Shown piece after piece: positions 1 through 9,308 of a stretch of 41,364 nt of DNA; the stretch's first letter is position 1; each line of letters starts with the position of its first letter. The notes under the pieces were generated by a model. The model did no database searches and was not told the origin of the DNA. It saw only the letters and a program-made list of their open reading frames with translations. The stretch is from the NCBI GenBank assembly GCA_963991835.1, contig CAXDRT010000003.1:1-41364 (forward strand), in the 5' to 3' direction. Made by a program: the position numbers and the translations under genes. This stretch comes from an uncultured euryarchaeote. GTDB lineage: Archaea > Thermoplasmatota > Poseidoniia > Poseidoniales > Poseidoniaceae.

Positions 1-2
1 CA

Positions 3-596
3 ATTGCACAGAACGAAGAATTCATAGCAACCCGACTTGGGTGGCTTAACGAACAAAACGATGTCGTATCAGTTCGACCAATCAACAGCGCATATATGCC
101 ACGTTCAGGCGACTTAATCGTTGGCTTCGTTGCTGAAGTTCGAAACAATCTGTGGTTCTTCAACGTGAACGGACCTTTCCAAGCTCTCCTACCTATGTCA
201 CTCGCACCATGGAAGGTTGAATACGGTTCAACAAGACAACACCTTGGTATTGGAGATGCAGCACTCGCTCGTGTTCAAGAAGTAGATGAGGCCCACAACA
301 TGGTACTCACAATGAAGGGAATTGGATTGCGAAGACTCAACGAAGGTTGTGTTGTTTCAATTCCAGTCAACCTCATCGATACACTACGAGGAGATAACAA
401 TTCAATGGTTAGCAGAATCAGAGATCTTACAGATTGCCGAATTATCGTCGCAGATAATGGCCGAGTTTGGGTCCACGGAGATGCTGATAACATGTTCACA
501 GCACGTGAACTAATTCAAAAACTGGCCGATGAAGGCCATATGAACAATTTCGAAGATGCAGTACATGCACTAGAACAACAACGAGGTGAAAACTAA
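3..596 (+). CDS. rrp4: Exosome RNA-binding subunit Rrp4 (5' truncated by window)
   Basis: Frame is open from nt 3 (IAQNEEFIATRLG...SAYMPRSGDLIVG). S1 domain followed by KH domain (IIVADNGRVWV); directly upstream of rrp41. Confidence 0.92.
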   Translation: MAQNEEFIATRLGWLNEQNDVVSVRPINSAYMPRSGDLIVGFVAEVRNNLWFFNVNGPFQALLPMSLAPWKVEYGSTRQHLGIGDAALARVQEVDEAHNMVLTMKGIGLRRLNEGCVVSIPVNLIDTLRGDNNSMVSRIRDLTDCRIIVADNGRVWVHGDADNMFTARELIQKLADEGHMNNFEDAVHALEQQRGEN

Positions 597-1324
597 TGGG
601 AGGATATGGAGACGTCAAGCTATTGCGGGACGATGGAAAAAGACTAGATGGACGCACAGTAGATGAAATGCGTCCAGTATCAATTGAAGCGGGTGTTTTG
701 CCTGCTGCTGATGGTTCTGCCATGGTTACCCATGGACTGAATGTTGCAGTAGCAGCAGTATATGGGCCTATGGAAGCACATCCACGTAAGATTCAACGAC
801 AAGATCGTGCAGTTATCGATGTACGATACAACATGGCTCCGTTCTCAACTGGAGACCGTATCAGACCTGGATTTAATCGACGTTCAAGAGAAATTTCTAA
901 GGTTACTGCAGAAGCACTCGAGTCTGTTGTCCTTGTGGAGCGTTACCCACGTTCCAAGATTCGAGTTGAAATCGAAATTCTTGCTGCTGAAGCAGGTACC
1001 CGTTGTGTTGGTATTACCGCTGCTGCAGTTGCTCTAGCAGATGCTGGAATTCCAATGCGTGACATGATTGTCGGTGTTGCTTCAGGAAAGATCGAAGACA
1101 CAGTTGTACTTGACCTTGACAAAGCAGAGGACAACTATGGACAGGCCGATTTGCCAGTTGGAATACTTCCAAACACTGGAGAAATTGCCTTCCTACAAAT
1201 GGATGGCGACCTTTCAATTGAAGAATTCAATCTTGCAATGGAATACAATTTCAAAGCGGCATCAGAAATTCATGAACTCATGGTTGATGCGCTTAAGCGT
1301 CGATATGAACGAGGTGATAACTGA
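596..1324 (+). CDS. rrp41: Exosome catalytic subunit Rrp41 (RNase PH family)
   Basis: RLDGR..DEMRP, ADGSA, YNMAPFST..R, GTRC and DLDKAED motifs; GAGGTG RBS; TAATG stop/start overlap. Confidence 0.97.
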   Translation: MGGYGDVKLLRDDGKRLDGRTVDEMRPVSIEAGVLPAADGSAMVTHGLNVAVAAVYGPMEAHPRKIQRQDRAVIDVRYNMAPFSTGDRIRPGFNRRSREISKVTAEALESVVLVERYPRSKIRVEIEILAAEAGTRCVGITAAAVALADAGIPMRDMIVGVASGKIEDTVVLDLDKAEDNYGQADLPVGILPNTGEIAFLQMDGDLSIEEFNLAMEYNFKAASEIHELMVDALKRRYERGDN

Positions 1325-2109
1325 TGGTTGAACTTGTACCTACACTCTTGCGCCAAGAACTTGAGCGACTTGCAGCAGATGACCAGCGAATTGATGGACG
1401 TGGACAATGGGACAGCAGAAATGTATCCCTCGAAGTTGACTGTCTCTACAACGCAGAAGGATCTGCAAAGGTTGTTTGGGGAGATACCATCATCTATGCT
1501 GGTGTCAAATTTGAAATCCGAACTCCATGGCCAGACAGACCTGCACAAGGTTCCTTGATGTGCGGTGCCGAACTTCGCCCTGTTGCTCATCGAAAGTATG
1601 AGCCAGGACCGCCTTCTCCTCAATCCATTGAATTGGGCCGAGTAGTCGATAGAGGAATCCGTGAGTCAGGTTGCATCGATATGGAAGATCTCTGTATCGT
1701 TCCTGGTGAGAAAGTATGGGGTGTTATGATTGACATCCATGTTCTTTCTGACGGAGGAAACATCTTCGATGCTGCTGGACTTGCTGCTATTGCAGCATTG
1801 AGAACGGCAGTCGTTCCAGCTGAACGATTTGATGTTGGTGAAGATTACAAACTGAAAGTCAACGGCTCTCCAATTATGGCATCGTTTACACGTGCTGGTG
1901 GAAGATTTGTTTACGACCCATCTGAAGAAGAAGAATTGGGCGGAGACGAGCGAATCCATATCACTCTAGGTGATGAAGGGCATCTCCACTCCCTACAGAA
2001 GGGACTAAGAGGAGTGTTCACTCCGAGCGAATTTGCAGAGATTCTTGCGGTCGCAGAGCAGAAGTGTACTGAACTACGAGAAATGGTTGCAGAAAAGGAG
2101 GGGAACTGA
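1324..2109 (+). CDS. rrp42: Exosome subunit Rrp42
   Basis: RIDGR, AEGSA.V, EPGPP, ELGRVVDRGIRES, L.IVPGEKVW and DGGNIFDA motifs; follows rrp41. Confidence 0.96.
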   Translation: MVELVPTLLRQELERLAADDQRIDGRGQWDSRNVSLEVDCLYNAEGSAKVVWGDTIIYAGVKFEIRTPWPDRPAQGSLMCGAELRPVAHRKYEPGPPSPQSIELGRVVDRGIRESGCIDMEDLCIVPGEKVWGVMIDIHVLSDGGNIFDAAGLAAIAALRTAVVPAERFDVGEDYKLKVNGSPIMASFTRAGGRFVYDPSEEEELGGDERIHITLGDEGHLHSLQKGLRGVFTPSEFAEILAVAEQKCTELREMVAEKEGN

Positions 2110-2457
2110 TTGGCTAAGAGAACCCAGAAAGCAAAGGCTACGGCACGATTTGGAGCACGTTACGGTGTTAGCGTACGAAGAAATGCTGGCAGCGCATTGG
2201 CTAAGAAAAATGCAAAATACACATGTCCGGTTTGCCATTATCGCAAGGTTACCCGTCAATCCGTAGGAATTTGGTCCTGTGGAAAGTGCGGACACACATT
2301 TGCTGGTGGCGCATGGGAGCCATTCACACGTGCTAGCGATGCTAACGCACGTATTCTTCGACGATCTGTTGAAGGTGCAACTACTGCTGATATGGCATTC
2401 ATTGCACAGCAAGCTGCACTCGACTTCGAGCGTAAGGCGTCTGAAGAAGAGGAGTGA
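2110..2457 (+). CDS. rpl37ae: Ribosomal protein L37Ae (eL43) with C-terminal extension
   Basis: RFGARYG, CPVC...GIWSCGKC...FAGGAW zinc ribbon; TTG start after GGAGG RBS; conserved superoperon position. Confidence 0.95.
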   Translation: MAKRTQKAKATARFGARYGVSVRRNAGSALAKKNAKYTCPVCHYRKVTRQSVGIWSCGKCGHTFAGGAWEPFTRASDANARILRRSVEGATTADMAFIAQQAALDFERKASEEEE

Positions 2458-2463
2458 GCCAAA

Positions 2464-2730
2464 ATGGCGGAGACGCCCTTTTCACTGGTTTGCACAATCA
2501 AACGTGATGATGTAATTCAGCGTAAAGCATTGCAAGAATCATTATCAAGCGAGGCTGAAACGATATCCATTGATGATCAACAGTTCAGTTTCAATTTACA
2601 TGAAGCAAACGCAAAAGATCTCAGGGCCATGTGGAACACTCGTATCCGTGGTCTTATTGCTGCAGATGAAATTCTCAAGGTAATTCAAACCGCAGGTTCA
2701 TCAACCAATAGTGATTCGAATGAATCATGA
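2464..2730 (+). CDS. pcc1: KEOPS complex subunit Pcc1-like protein
   Basis: 88 aa; C-terminal 'A.DLRAMWNT.IR' pattern; expected position between rpl37ae and pfdB. Confidence 0.65.
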   Translation: MAETPFSLVCTIKRDDVIQRKALQESLSSEAETISIDDQQFSFNLHEANAKDLRAMWNTRIRGLIAADEILKVIQTAGSSTNSDSNES

Positions 2731-3041
2731 GCACCATGGAACAACTCCAAGTTGTCGTTTCTGAAGTACAAAATGCACGCCATCAAGTCGCAACAGTTCG
2801 TGCTCAATTGCAAGAATTAAAGACCACAATAGATGCTGTGGAAAAGCACCCTGAAGGCCTATCTCTTCACCGACAACTCGGAGGAGTCTTGGTTGAAGTT
2901 GACAATCGTAACGAACTTATTGAGGAACTGAAAACTACCCATGCCACACTCTCTGAACACGCTGAACGTCTCGCTGAGCATGAAGCAAAACTTGTAACAG
3001 CATACGAAGAACTCAAGAAATCACTTGAGGGAGAAGCTTGA
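2727..3041 (+). CDS. pfdB: Prefoldin beta subunit (divergent)
   Basis: Coiled coil, beta hairpin (LHRQLGGVLVEV), coiled coil; 104 aa; superoperon position. Confidence 0.8.
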   Translation: MSTMEQLQVVVSEVQNARHQVATVRAQLQELKTTIDAVEKHPEGLSLHRQLGGVLVEVDNRNELIEELKTTHATLSEHAERLAEHEAKLVTAYEELKKSLEGEA

Positions 3042-4030
3042 GTTCACAAAAAGAGCAACTTGATGCCATGAAATCATGGCTTGATAATGCTCTTGAAACA
3101 GGGGCAGTTCCAGTCGTTACAGGCCAAAATGGCGATATGGATACGGTTGGTTCAGCAATCGCATTGTCCTCTTATCACTCTGGAATGTTGTCATGTGGAT
3201 TACACCTCGGCAGGGTAGCCAAAAAAATGGTAGCAAAATACGATGCTCCATTTCGAAAAATCACTGAAAAAGGAACTGCTTGGCCTCAGAAGATGGGTGG
3301 TATTGTCATCGTTGATGCTGGATCTCCTGACCAAGTTGGTTTTGATATACCTGATGTTCCATTGTTGGTTATTGATCATCACGCAACCAATGGATGGGAA
3401 CTCAAAGACAATGACCTCATGTTGCAATGGGATGTTCGTGCAACAACAGAAATCATCACACAATTCCTATCCAATCACGCTCCAAGTTGTCTCTCAACAA
3501 ATGTTCGTAGGATGCTTCTAGCAGGATTAATCACAGATACTGGCCGTTTCAAACATGCAGACCAATCATCGTTCGTTACTGCTTCGCTTTTACTTGAAGA
3601 TACAGCCATTGATTATGCTGAGTTTTCTGAACATCTCGAAAAGGAGCAAACAAACCCAAGTGAGCGTGGTAGTTTATTGCGAGGTATGTCCCGATCCAAA
3701 ATGCATGCTGCAGGCGATTGGTCTCTTGTAACAACATATGCGGGTACACTTGAAGGAAGGCTTGCATCAATGCTTCTCGGTGTTGGTTCAGATGTAACTC
3801 TTGTTTCACGATTTAAAGATGGTTCTACACGATTGACAGCTCGAGCCTCCCGTAATGCTACACTACGAGGTGTGCATCTCGGTAATATCATGCAGGAAGT
3901 TGCTCGACAACACGGTGGAGAAGGCGGAGGACATGATGGAGCAGCAGGCTGGACTGGAGAAATCGATCGTATCAGAGCAGAATCCGCATTTATTGCCCAT
4001 TTGACTTTACAAAAGGAGTTGAAACAATGA
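3038..4030 (+). CDS. DHH/DHHA1 family phosphoesterase (NrnA-like)
   Basis: GDMD, VD, IDHH, GLITDTGRF and GGGHDGAAG motifs; usual neighbour of pfdB. Confidence 0.88.
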   Translation: MSSQKEQLDAMKSWLDNALETGAVPVVTGQNGDMDTVGSAIALSSYHSGMLSCGLHLGRVAKKMVAKYDAPFRKITEKGTAWPQKMGGIVIVDAGSPDQVGFDIPDVPLLVIDHHATNGWELKDNDLMLQWDVRATTEIITQFLSNHAPSCLSTNVRRMLLAGLITDTGRFKHADQSSFVTASLLLEDTAIDYAEFSEHLEKEQTNPSERGSLLRGMSRSKMHAAGDWSLVTTYAGTLEGRLASMLLGVGSDVTLVSRFKDGSTRLTARASRNATLRGVHLGNIMQEVARQHGGEGGGHDGAAGWTGEIDRIRAESAFIAHLTLQKELKQ

Positions 4031-5076
4031 GGCCAACTGCACCTGGGTTATTTATTTCAAAATGGAGAACAGAGGGGCCAGTGGAATTAGATGTCGCTCA
4101 ACAATGGCTGTCTGAATCAGGTTGGACTGACTGGATGGCGATTATTGAAGCTGCATTATATCTTGACGCTGCAGAACTGGTAGAATTACTCCTCCCAGAA
4201 TTATCGCCTGCTCAACGGGCTACATTCGATCTTGTCCGCAGAAGAATGCTCGGTGATACCAGGCTCGAAGAAGCCATTGAACATGCTTTGACTCTATGCA
4301 GAGATCCCGATACCAGAGATCTCGCCCTTGAGGGTAGACTTCGTATGGAGCGTGGTTTGCAACGTTTCGAACATGGCGATACAGCTGCTGCAGAAGAGGA
4401 CTTAACGTGGGCAGAAACACGCTTGAAATCTGTTTCAAAAGCGAGTAGAGACCATGACCTTTCTTTGTTAAACAAAGCTGCATTTCATATGGCGAATGGT
4501 GAAGATCTGATGGCACTCCAAGTCTATGGAGATGTTTCACGTAAGGAAAATCATGCTCACGAAACAATTGCAATTTCCCGTATAGGAGCAACACGAATTC
4601 ATGCGAGGTATGGCCATATGTTTGATGCTGCAAGAAACGCATGGAATGGACATGCACATGCCATTCTAGCCCAGCAACCGAAAATGGCTATTGAAGCAGG
4701 ATCGCTCTTTTTGGATTTAACAATAGACCATCAAGACGAACAGGCAATTCGTTTCCAAAATCAAGTTGATGAAGCAAAGCCAAGAGATGCAAGTGAGGAA
4801 ACACCAACTCTCTCTGTTCATCCAGATGATGTTCATGGTGTCTTCACTTGGTGCATGAAGAGTTTGGATAAGACACCTCAAGGTGAAGATCGACCAGATC
4901 TTCGAGCTATGGTAATGATGGCAAACCGCCTCGATAAGTTTGATCAAATGAATTGGTTGACTAACAAATCTGAACGTGTTCAGGATTCAATGCTTGTTGC
5001 AGTTGTTCTTGGTTGTAACATCGACGAAGAAGTCCACATGGAGTGGACAAAACGACTTCAAGAATTAATGCCCTAA
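4027..5076 (+). CDS. Hypothetical alpha-helical (TPR-like) protein
   Basis: 349 aa ORF with GGAG RBS and ATGA overlap with the DHH gene; Ala/Leu-rich helical pattern; no recognisable catalytic motif. Confidence 0.7.
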   Translation: MRPTAPGLFISKWRTEGPVELDVAQQWLSESGWTDWMAIIEAALYLDAAELVELLLPELSPAQRATFDLVRRRMLGDTRLEEAIEHALTLCRDPDTRDLALEGRLRMERGLQRFEHGDTAAAEEDLTWAETRLKSVSKASRDHDLSLLNKAAFHMANGEDLMALQVYGDVSRKENHAHETIAISRIGATRIHARYGHMFDAARNAWNGHAHAILAQQPKMAIEAGSLFLDLTIDHQDEQAIRFQNQVDEAKPRDASEETPTLSVHPDDVHGVFTWCMKSLDKTPQGEDRPDLRAMVMMANRLDKFDQMNWLTNKSERVQDSMLVAVVLGCNIDEEVHMEWTKRLQELMP

Positions 5077-5478
5077 TTCTATAGAATCGACCCAATGGCT
5101 CAAATCGATGACTTCTTGAGCATCCCAGTGAGTAAATGGAGGCACCTGTGCAAACCATCGAACTTCACTAACAACTTTGTCAGCAACTTTCCAAGATTTC
5201 TGATGAAATGGTTCGTCTTCTGAATGAACAGTAACCAATCCAACCCATCCATTAGGATAGTAATCAGTATTCCATGTAATCAGAGTACCTTTTCCACCAA
5301 CTTCTTCTTGAAGTTCTCGCATCAATGCTTCTTCTGGAGTTTCGCCATCTTCGACATGACCGCCTGGAAATTCCCATCCTCTGTCCGGATGTCGCACCAT
5401 CAGTATTCTTCCCCCATTAAGTACAGAATGAGAATATTGATCCTCAACAACATAGGCAAGAACAAACGTTGGACGCAT
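5065..5478 (-). CDS. Nudix hydrolase
   Basis: Complete Nudix box GGHVEDGETPEEALMRELQEEVG. Confidence 0.9.
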   Translation of the reverse strand: MRPTFVLAYVVEDQYSHSVLNGGRILMVRHPDRGWEFPGGHVEDGETPEEALMRELQEEVGGKGTLITWNTDYYPNGWVGLVTVHSEDEPFHQKSWKVADKVVSEVRWFAQVPPFTHWDAQEVIDLSHWVDSIELGH

Positions 5479-5486
5479 CTAAACAC

Positions 5487-6515
5487 CTACATCATACTGC
5501 GGCATATTTCAAGATAAGAGTTAGCCCAATCCTCTCCAGAGGCTACAAGTCGACGTGCTAAGAAGAATGCTTCGGAAATATTTTCAGATTCAATTAAGGC
5601 ATCCAATTTTGGCTTATCTGGATGAATGAATTCTACAGGCTGTTCTGGGACTGGTTCTTGTGTTTCTTCTAAATCCACTGTACGTACACGACGAGTCAAG
5701 GATTCCATTTGTTCAAGGAAAGCAGTACGATGTTTGAGTTCTGGACCACTCCAGGGTTGAGATTCTTCACCATCCATTGACGCAGTCAGTCGTGATAGGA
5801 ATTCATCACGTACCAAAATGTGAGGACGCAGTGTTTGCACGTGATCGTAGCATGACCATGCCGAATCAGTCTCCTCTCTCCGTTCGTGTAATCGTCCAAG
5901 TTGCATCCATAATTCGTGATTCGAAGGACGATGAGCGAGTAAATGTCGGCATAGTTCAATGAACAAATCCTCAAACCCTTGAATTCGTAATTGCTCAATT
6001 CTTCTTCCATAGATGATGTTGGCACGCTGGTCACGGAAATCTAAATCTCTGCAACGGTCTGCAAAATCTGCGATTTCGAGAAGGACCTCATCGCTTTGAG
6101 TATCACCGCCTCCACGTGTAACAAGTGCATCCCACCAAGCATCTGCCGTGAGAGGATCTCGGGTAAATGCAGCCTCTAATAGTTCAAGTCCATACTCAAT
6201 GTAATTCAGATTTTTCAACTTTTCAAATTGTTTAACTTCTCTACCAAGAACCGTGAAAACATCTTCTAGAACAATTCCTAATCCATCGTTATCGTTGAGT
6301 TGTACTTTGATATCAGCAAGGCATCGCCAATTTCGTTCATCTGTGAAATCATGCAAGATAGCCTGTCTTGCATTTTGCTCTGCCCATTGAAAATTAGAAC
6401 CTGAACGTTCAGGGTCACTCTTCGCTAAACGAACAAACTTCTGAGCTTGGGAACGATATCGATTACCCAAATTTCTTCGTGGATGTTGTAGATTATCTCC
6501 ACTATGCTCTCGCAT
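5487..6515 (-). CDS. Hypothetical TPR-like protein (start corrected to MREHSG)
   Basis: GGAGGG RBS before the ATG at 6515, which removes the overlap with ubiD; TPR-like segment PSNHELWMQLGRLHERREETDSAWSCYDHV. Confidence 0.72.
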   Translation of the reverse strand: MREHSGDNLQHPRRNLGNRYRSQAQKFVRLAKSDPERSGSNFQWAEQNARQAILHDFTDERNWRCLADIKVQLNDNDGLGIVLEDVFTVLGREVKQFEKLKNLNYIEYGLELLEAAFTRDPLTADAWWDALVTRGGGDTQSDEVLLEIADFADRCRDLDFRDQRANIIYGRRIEQLRIQGFEDLFIELCRHLLAHRPSNHELWMQLGRLHERREETDSAWSCYDHVQTLRPHILVRDEFLSRLTASMDGEESQPWSGPELKHRTAFLEQMESLTRRVRTVDLEETQEPVPEQPVEFIHPDKPKLDALIESENISEAFFLARRLVASGEDWANSYLEICRSMM

Positions 6516-6525
6516 GGCGACCCTC

Positions 6526-7797
6526 CTATTGGACACTCTGATAGCCTTCTGGGTTATCTTCGTGATGGATGGTTGCATCGAAGCCAACCTTGGATGTCTT
6601 TCCGTCACCGTATCGTGATGGGTCGAGACTCGATCCTTTCTGATCACTAAAAATATAGGTGTCTCTGTCTGGTTGCCAACGAGTGACCATAGCCCATTCA
6701 ACACGAACAGGATTGCCAATATCGATGTCCTCATCGACAATTGTAACCATTTTCATTGAACGATGACCTGCCAGGGCTGCTTCAATTGCCTTCTTCGAAT
6801 CCTCTTCAGAATGTTTTCGAATCTTTACAACTGCTGCAAGCCATCCGCAACCCCCTTCAGTCATGTGAACATCTATACAATCAACAACTTCTGAAACCGC
6901 ATCTTTAATCGTTGGAGATCGTGGTAAGCCCATCAAGGTCTTATGTTCAGCCTCACCTGGTATGAGTGCATGGAAAATAGGATCATTTCGATGAAATACT
7001 CCATCAACTTCGATGACAGGTTCTTGTCGAACATCATCAACTGTTCCAGTGATGTCAACATATGGGCCTTCATCACTATTTTCCGTCGTTATACGCCCCC
7101 ACATGGCATATTCAGCATTTGCAGGAACTTGAATGCCATTAGGCAATGCTACGAGTTCAAGGGATGAGCCGTAGAGTTTTTCATGCAGAGCAGCTGCTAT
7201 GGTTAATTCATCGATTGGTTCGTCAAAGGACATAGCCCCCGCCAGAAGAACAACAGGATCAGGAGCGTTCACAATAGCGATGTTCACTTCATGCCCCTTT
7301 GCTCTCGCTTCGTCAACCATTGTTCGAAGATGACGCGGTACAAGTCGGACGACGAGATGCGACTCATCACGCAAAAATTGCCTATGAAAACTCATGTTTC
7401 TTCTTCCATCAACTTCAGCAATAATCACGCTGGCAGACATGTATCGCCCACGATCTTGTGGCCAGTGATGGGGAATGGGCAAAGCAGTCAAATCAACTTC
7501 ATCTTGCATGCAATCATACACAGGAGCATCAGATGGAGAGACAATCACTGGTTCACTTGGATTCTTCATTGCCCACGCAAGTGTATCGATGTAAACATCT
7601 GGTTGAATTCCAATTGCCTCACACAGTCTGTCTCTTGTAAGCATGTTCAATGCAATTTTTTGACCCTTCGCCTCGGATATATTATCAAAAAGTAACATTG
7701 GATGATTATGCGCTCTACTGTAGTTCCAAACACCGTGTATGAGACTTGTCTCATCGTGGACAAGCCGAGCATGAGTCAGATGATCACGGAAAGCCAT
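6526..7797 (-). CDS. UbiD family prFMN-dependent decarboxylase (candidate anhydromevalonate phosphate decarboxylase)
   Basis: DLTALP, DRGRY, N.S.HR, RHL, EGPYVDITG, VDEDID, GSSLDPS and K.GFDAT motifs; start at MAFRDHL behind GGTTGTG. Confidence 0.9.
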   Translation of the reverse strand: MAFRDHLTHARLVHDETSLIHGVWNYSRAHNHPMLLFDNISEAKGQKIALNMLTRDRLCEAIGIQPDVYIDTLAWAMKNPSEPVIVSPSDAPVYDCMQDEVDLTALPIPHHWPQDRGRYMSASVIIAEVDGRRNMSFHRQFLRDESHLVVRLVPRHLRTMVDEARAKGHEVNIAIVNAPDPVVLLAGAMSFDEPIDELTIAAALHEKLYGSSLELVALPNGIQVPANAEYAMWGRITTENSDEGPYVDITGTVDDVRQEPVIEVDGVFHRNDPIFHALIPGEAEHKTLMGLPRSPTIKDAVSEVVDCIDVHMTEGGCGWLAAVVKIRKHSEEDSKKAIEAALAGHRSMKMVTIVDEDIDIGNPVRVEWAMVTRWQPDRDTYIFSDQKGSSLDPSRYGDGKTSKVGFDATIHHEDNPEGYQSVQ

Positions 7798-7810
7798 TGA
7801 ATCACAACCA

Positions 7811-8041
7811 TCAGAACTTAGTCTGAGTATCTTCTTGATAGCGTGCCTGAACTTCTTCAATTTCACCTGCGGATGCAGACATGAAATTTAGGCCAGAAAG
7901 GAGACATAAGACGCCAAGAATGTGACTTGTAAGTAAGTCGCTGTTGTCAGAAACAAATTCAGCCCAATGATTTGCAATCACAAGACACCCCATGAGTATT
8001 GTGATTAACGATAAAAATGGTCGCATCGATTGTGGAATCAT
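7811..8041 (-). CDS. Small two-TM membrane protein
   Basis: Two hydrophobic helices and a charged tail; fills the gap upstream of ubiD; TATA-like hexamer 29 nt upstream. Confidence 0.6.
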   Translation of the reverse strand: MIPQSMRPFLSLITILMGCLVIANHWAEFVSDNSDLLTSHILGVLCLLSGLNFMSASAGEIEEVQARYQEDTQTKF

Positions 8042-8169
8042 ATCTAGACCATAGGCATCCTATTTATGATGTTATTCTTCGATTGCTTTCTGTAAAAATA
8101 TCTGGCCTATCAAACGGCGACTTGATATATTAAAGCAAAGTCGCAAAGTTGCTCGAATGAGGGATTATC

Positions 8170-8598
8170 ATGGGTAGAGGACTGTTTGCAGGTGCCAAGA
8201 TGGCTAAAGATCGACAGAAATTCCGCTGGTCGGATCGTCGCTACAAGAAGCGTATGCTCAAGTCTCGAGCACGCCACGACCCGCTTGCTGGGTCCACACA
8301 AGCCAAAGGTATCGTTATTGAAAAAGTCGGTATTGAAGCAAAACAACCGAACTCAGGAATTCGTAAAGCCGTCAAGATTTCTCTCATCAAGAACGGTAAC
8401 AAACTCACAGCTTTCGCTCCCGGCGATGGTGCAATTAACTTCATCGATGAACACGATGAAGTCATGGTAGAAGGTATCGGTGGACGTATGGGTCGTTCAT
8501 ACGGAGATATTCCTGGTGTCCGATACAAGGTCATCCAAGTCAACGGCGTTTCACTTGATGAAATGGTCCGTGGCCGAAAGGAGAAGCCTGTACGCTGA
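8170..8598 (+). CDS. rps12: 30S ribosomal protein S12 (uS12, archaeal type)
   Basis: [17 protein letters not shown] and [10 protein letters not shown] motifs. Confidence 0.98.
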   Translation: MGRGLFAGAKMAKDRQKFRWSDRRYKKRMLKSRARHDPLAGSTQAKGIVIEKVGIEAKQPNSGIRKAVKISLIKNGNKLTAFAPGDGAINFIDEHDEVMVEGIGGRMGRSYGDIPGVRYKVIQVNGVSLDEMVRGRKEKPVR

Positions 8599-8608
8599 GG
8601 TGTTGATG

Positions 8609-9214
8609 ATGACCGAAGAAGCAATCGTAGACGAACGACCAATCGCTGGAATCGGAACTTTAGTTTTCGGAAAGTGGGATGCTGCTGAAGTAACCTGTAA
8701 CGACCCAGGACTTGCACCATACGTTAATCTCTCAACTGTTGGCGTACCTCACTCAGGTGGACGACACGCGAATATGTGGTTCGGAAAATCTAAACTTAGC
8801 GTTGTAGAACGCTATATCAACAAACTCATGCGTACTGGATCTTACACAGGTAAGAAACAAAGCGCAATGAAGGCATTCGAAGGTGCCCTCGATTCAATAG
8901 CAGAACGCCGTAAGACAAACCCATTACAGGTTTTTGTTGACGCTATTTGTCATGCAGCACCTATGGAAGAAATTACCAGAATTAAATTCGGTGCAGTTTC
9001 CCAACCGAAGGCTGTTGACTCCTCTCCTTCACGACGACTCGATGTCGCTCTGAAGAACCTTGCAAAAGGTGCACAACAAGGGACTCACAAGTCGAAGAGA
9101 ACCCTGCAACAATGCATCATCAATGAACTCAACAAAGCTTCTGAAGGAGACTCTACATCATACGCAGTTTCCAAGCGAGAAGAAGTTGAGAGAATCGCTG
9201 CATCCGCTCGATGA
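8609..9214 (+). CDS. rps7: 30S ribosomal protein S7 (uS7)
   Basis: FGKW, PHSGGRHA, NPLQV, AVD.SP.RR and EVERIAASAR motifs; GAGGTG RBS at 8597-8602 supports a start at 8606 or 8609. Confidence 0.97.
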   Translation: MTEEAIVDERPIAGIGTLVFGKWDAAEVTCNDPGLAPYVNLSTVGVPHSGGRHANMWFGKSKLSVVERYINKLMRTGSYTGKKQSAMKAFEGALDSIAERRKTNPLQVFVDAICHAAPMEEITRIKFGAVSQPKAVDSSPSRRLDVALKNLAKGAQQGTHKSKRTLQQCIINELNKASEGDSTSYAVSKREEVERIAASAR

Positions 9215-9308
9215 AGTCAACAAGGTCACGAAAGAATTCCGTTGAACTTTTGCGACTCACTTAAGAACCCCATTCAAGTGGGCGAAATGAACCAGACAGG
9301 TGGACACC

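Noticed and set aside
6516-6740. Apparent signal-peptide N-terminus of the 417-aa ORF overlapping ubiD
   Set aside because: A strong RBS and ATG at 6515 give a non-overlapping start.
8480-8605. N-terminal extension of rps7 overlapping rps12
   Set aside because: ORF-caller extension; the RBS supports a start at 8606 or 8609. The same applies to the extensions at 17213, 23420, 24741, 29791 and 33099.
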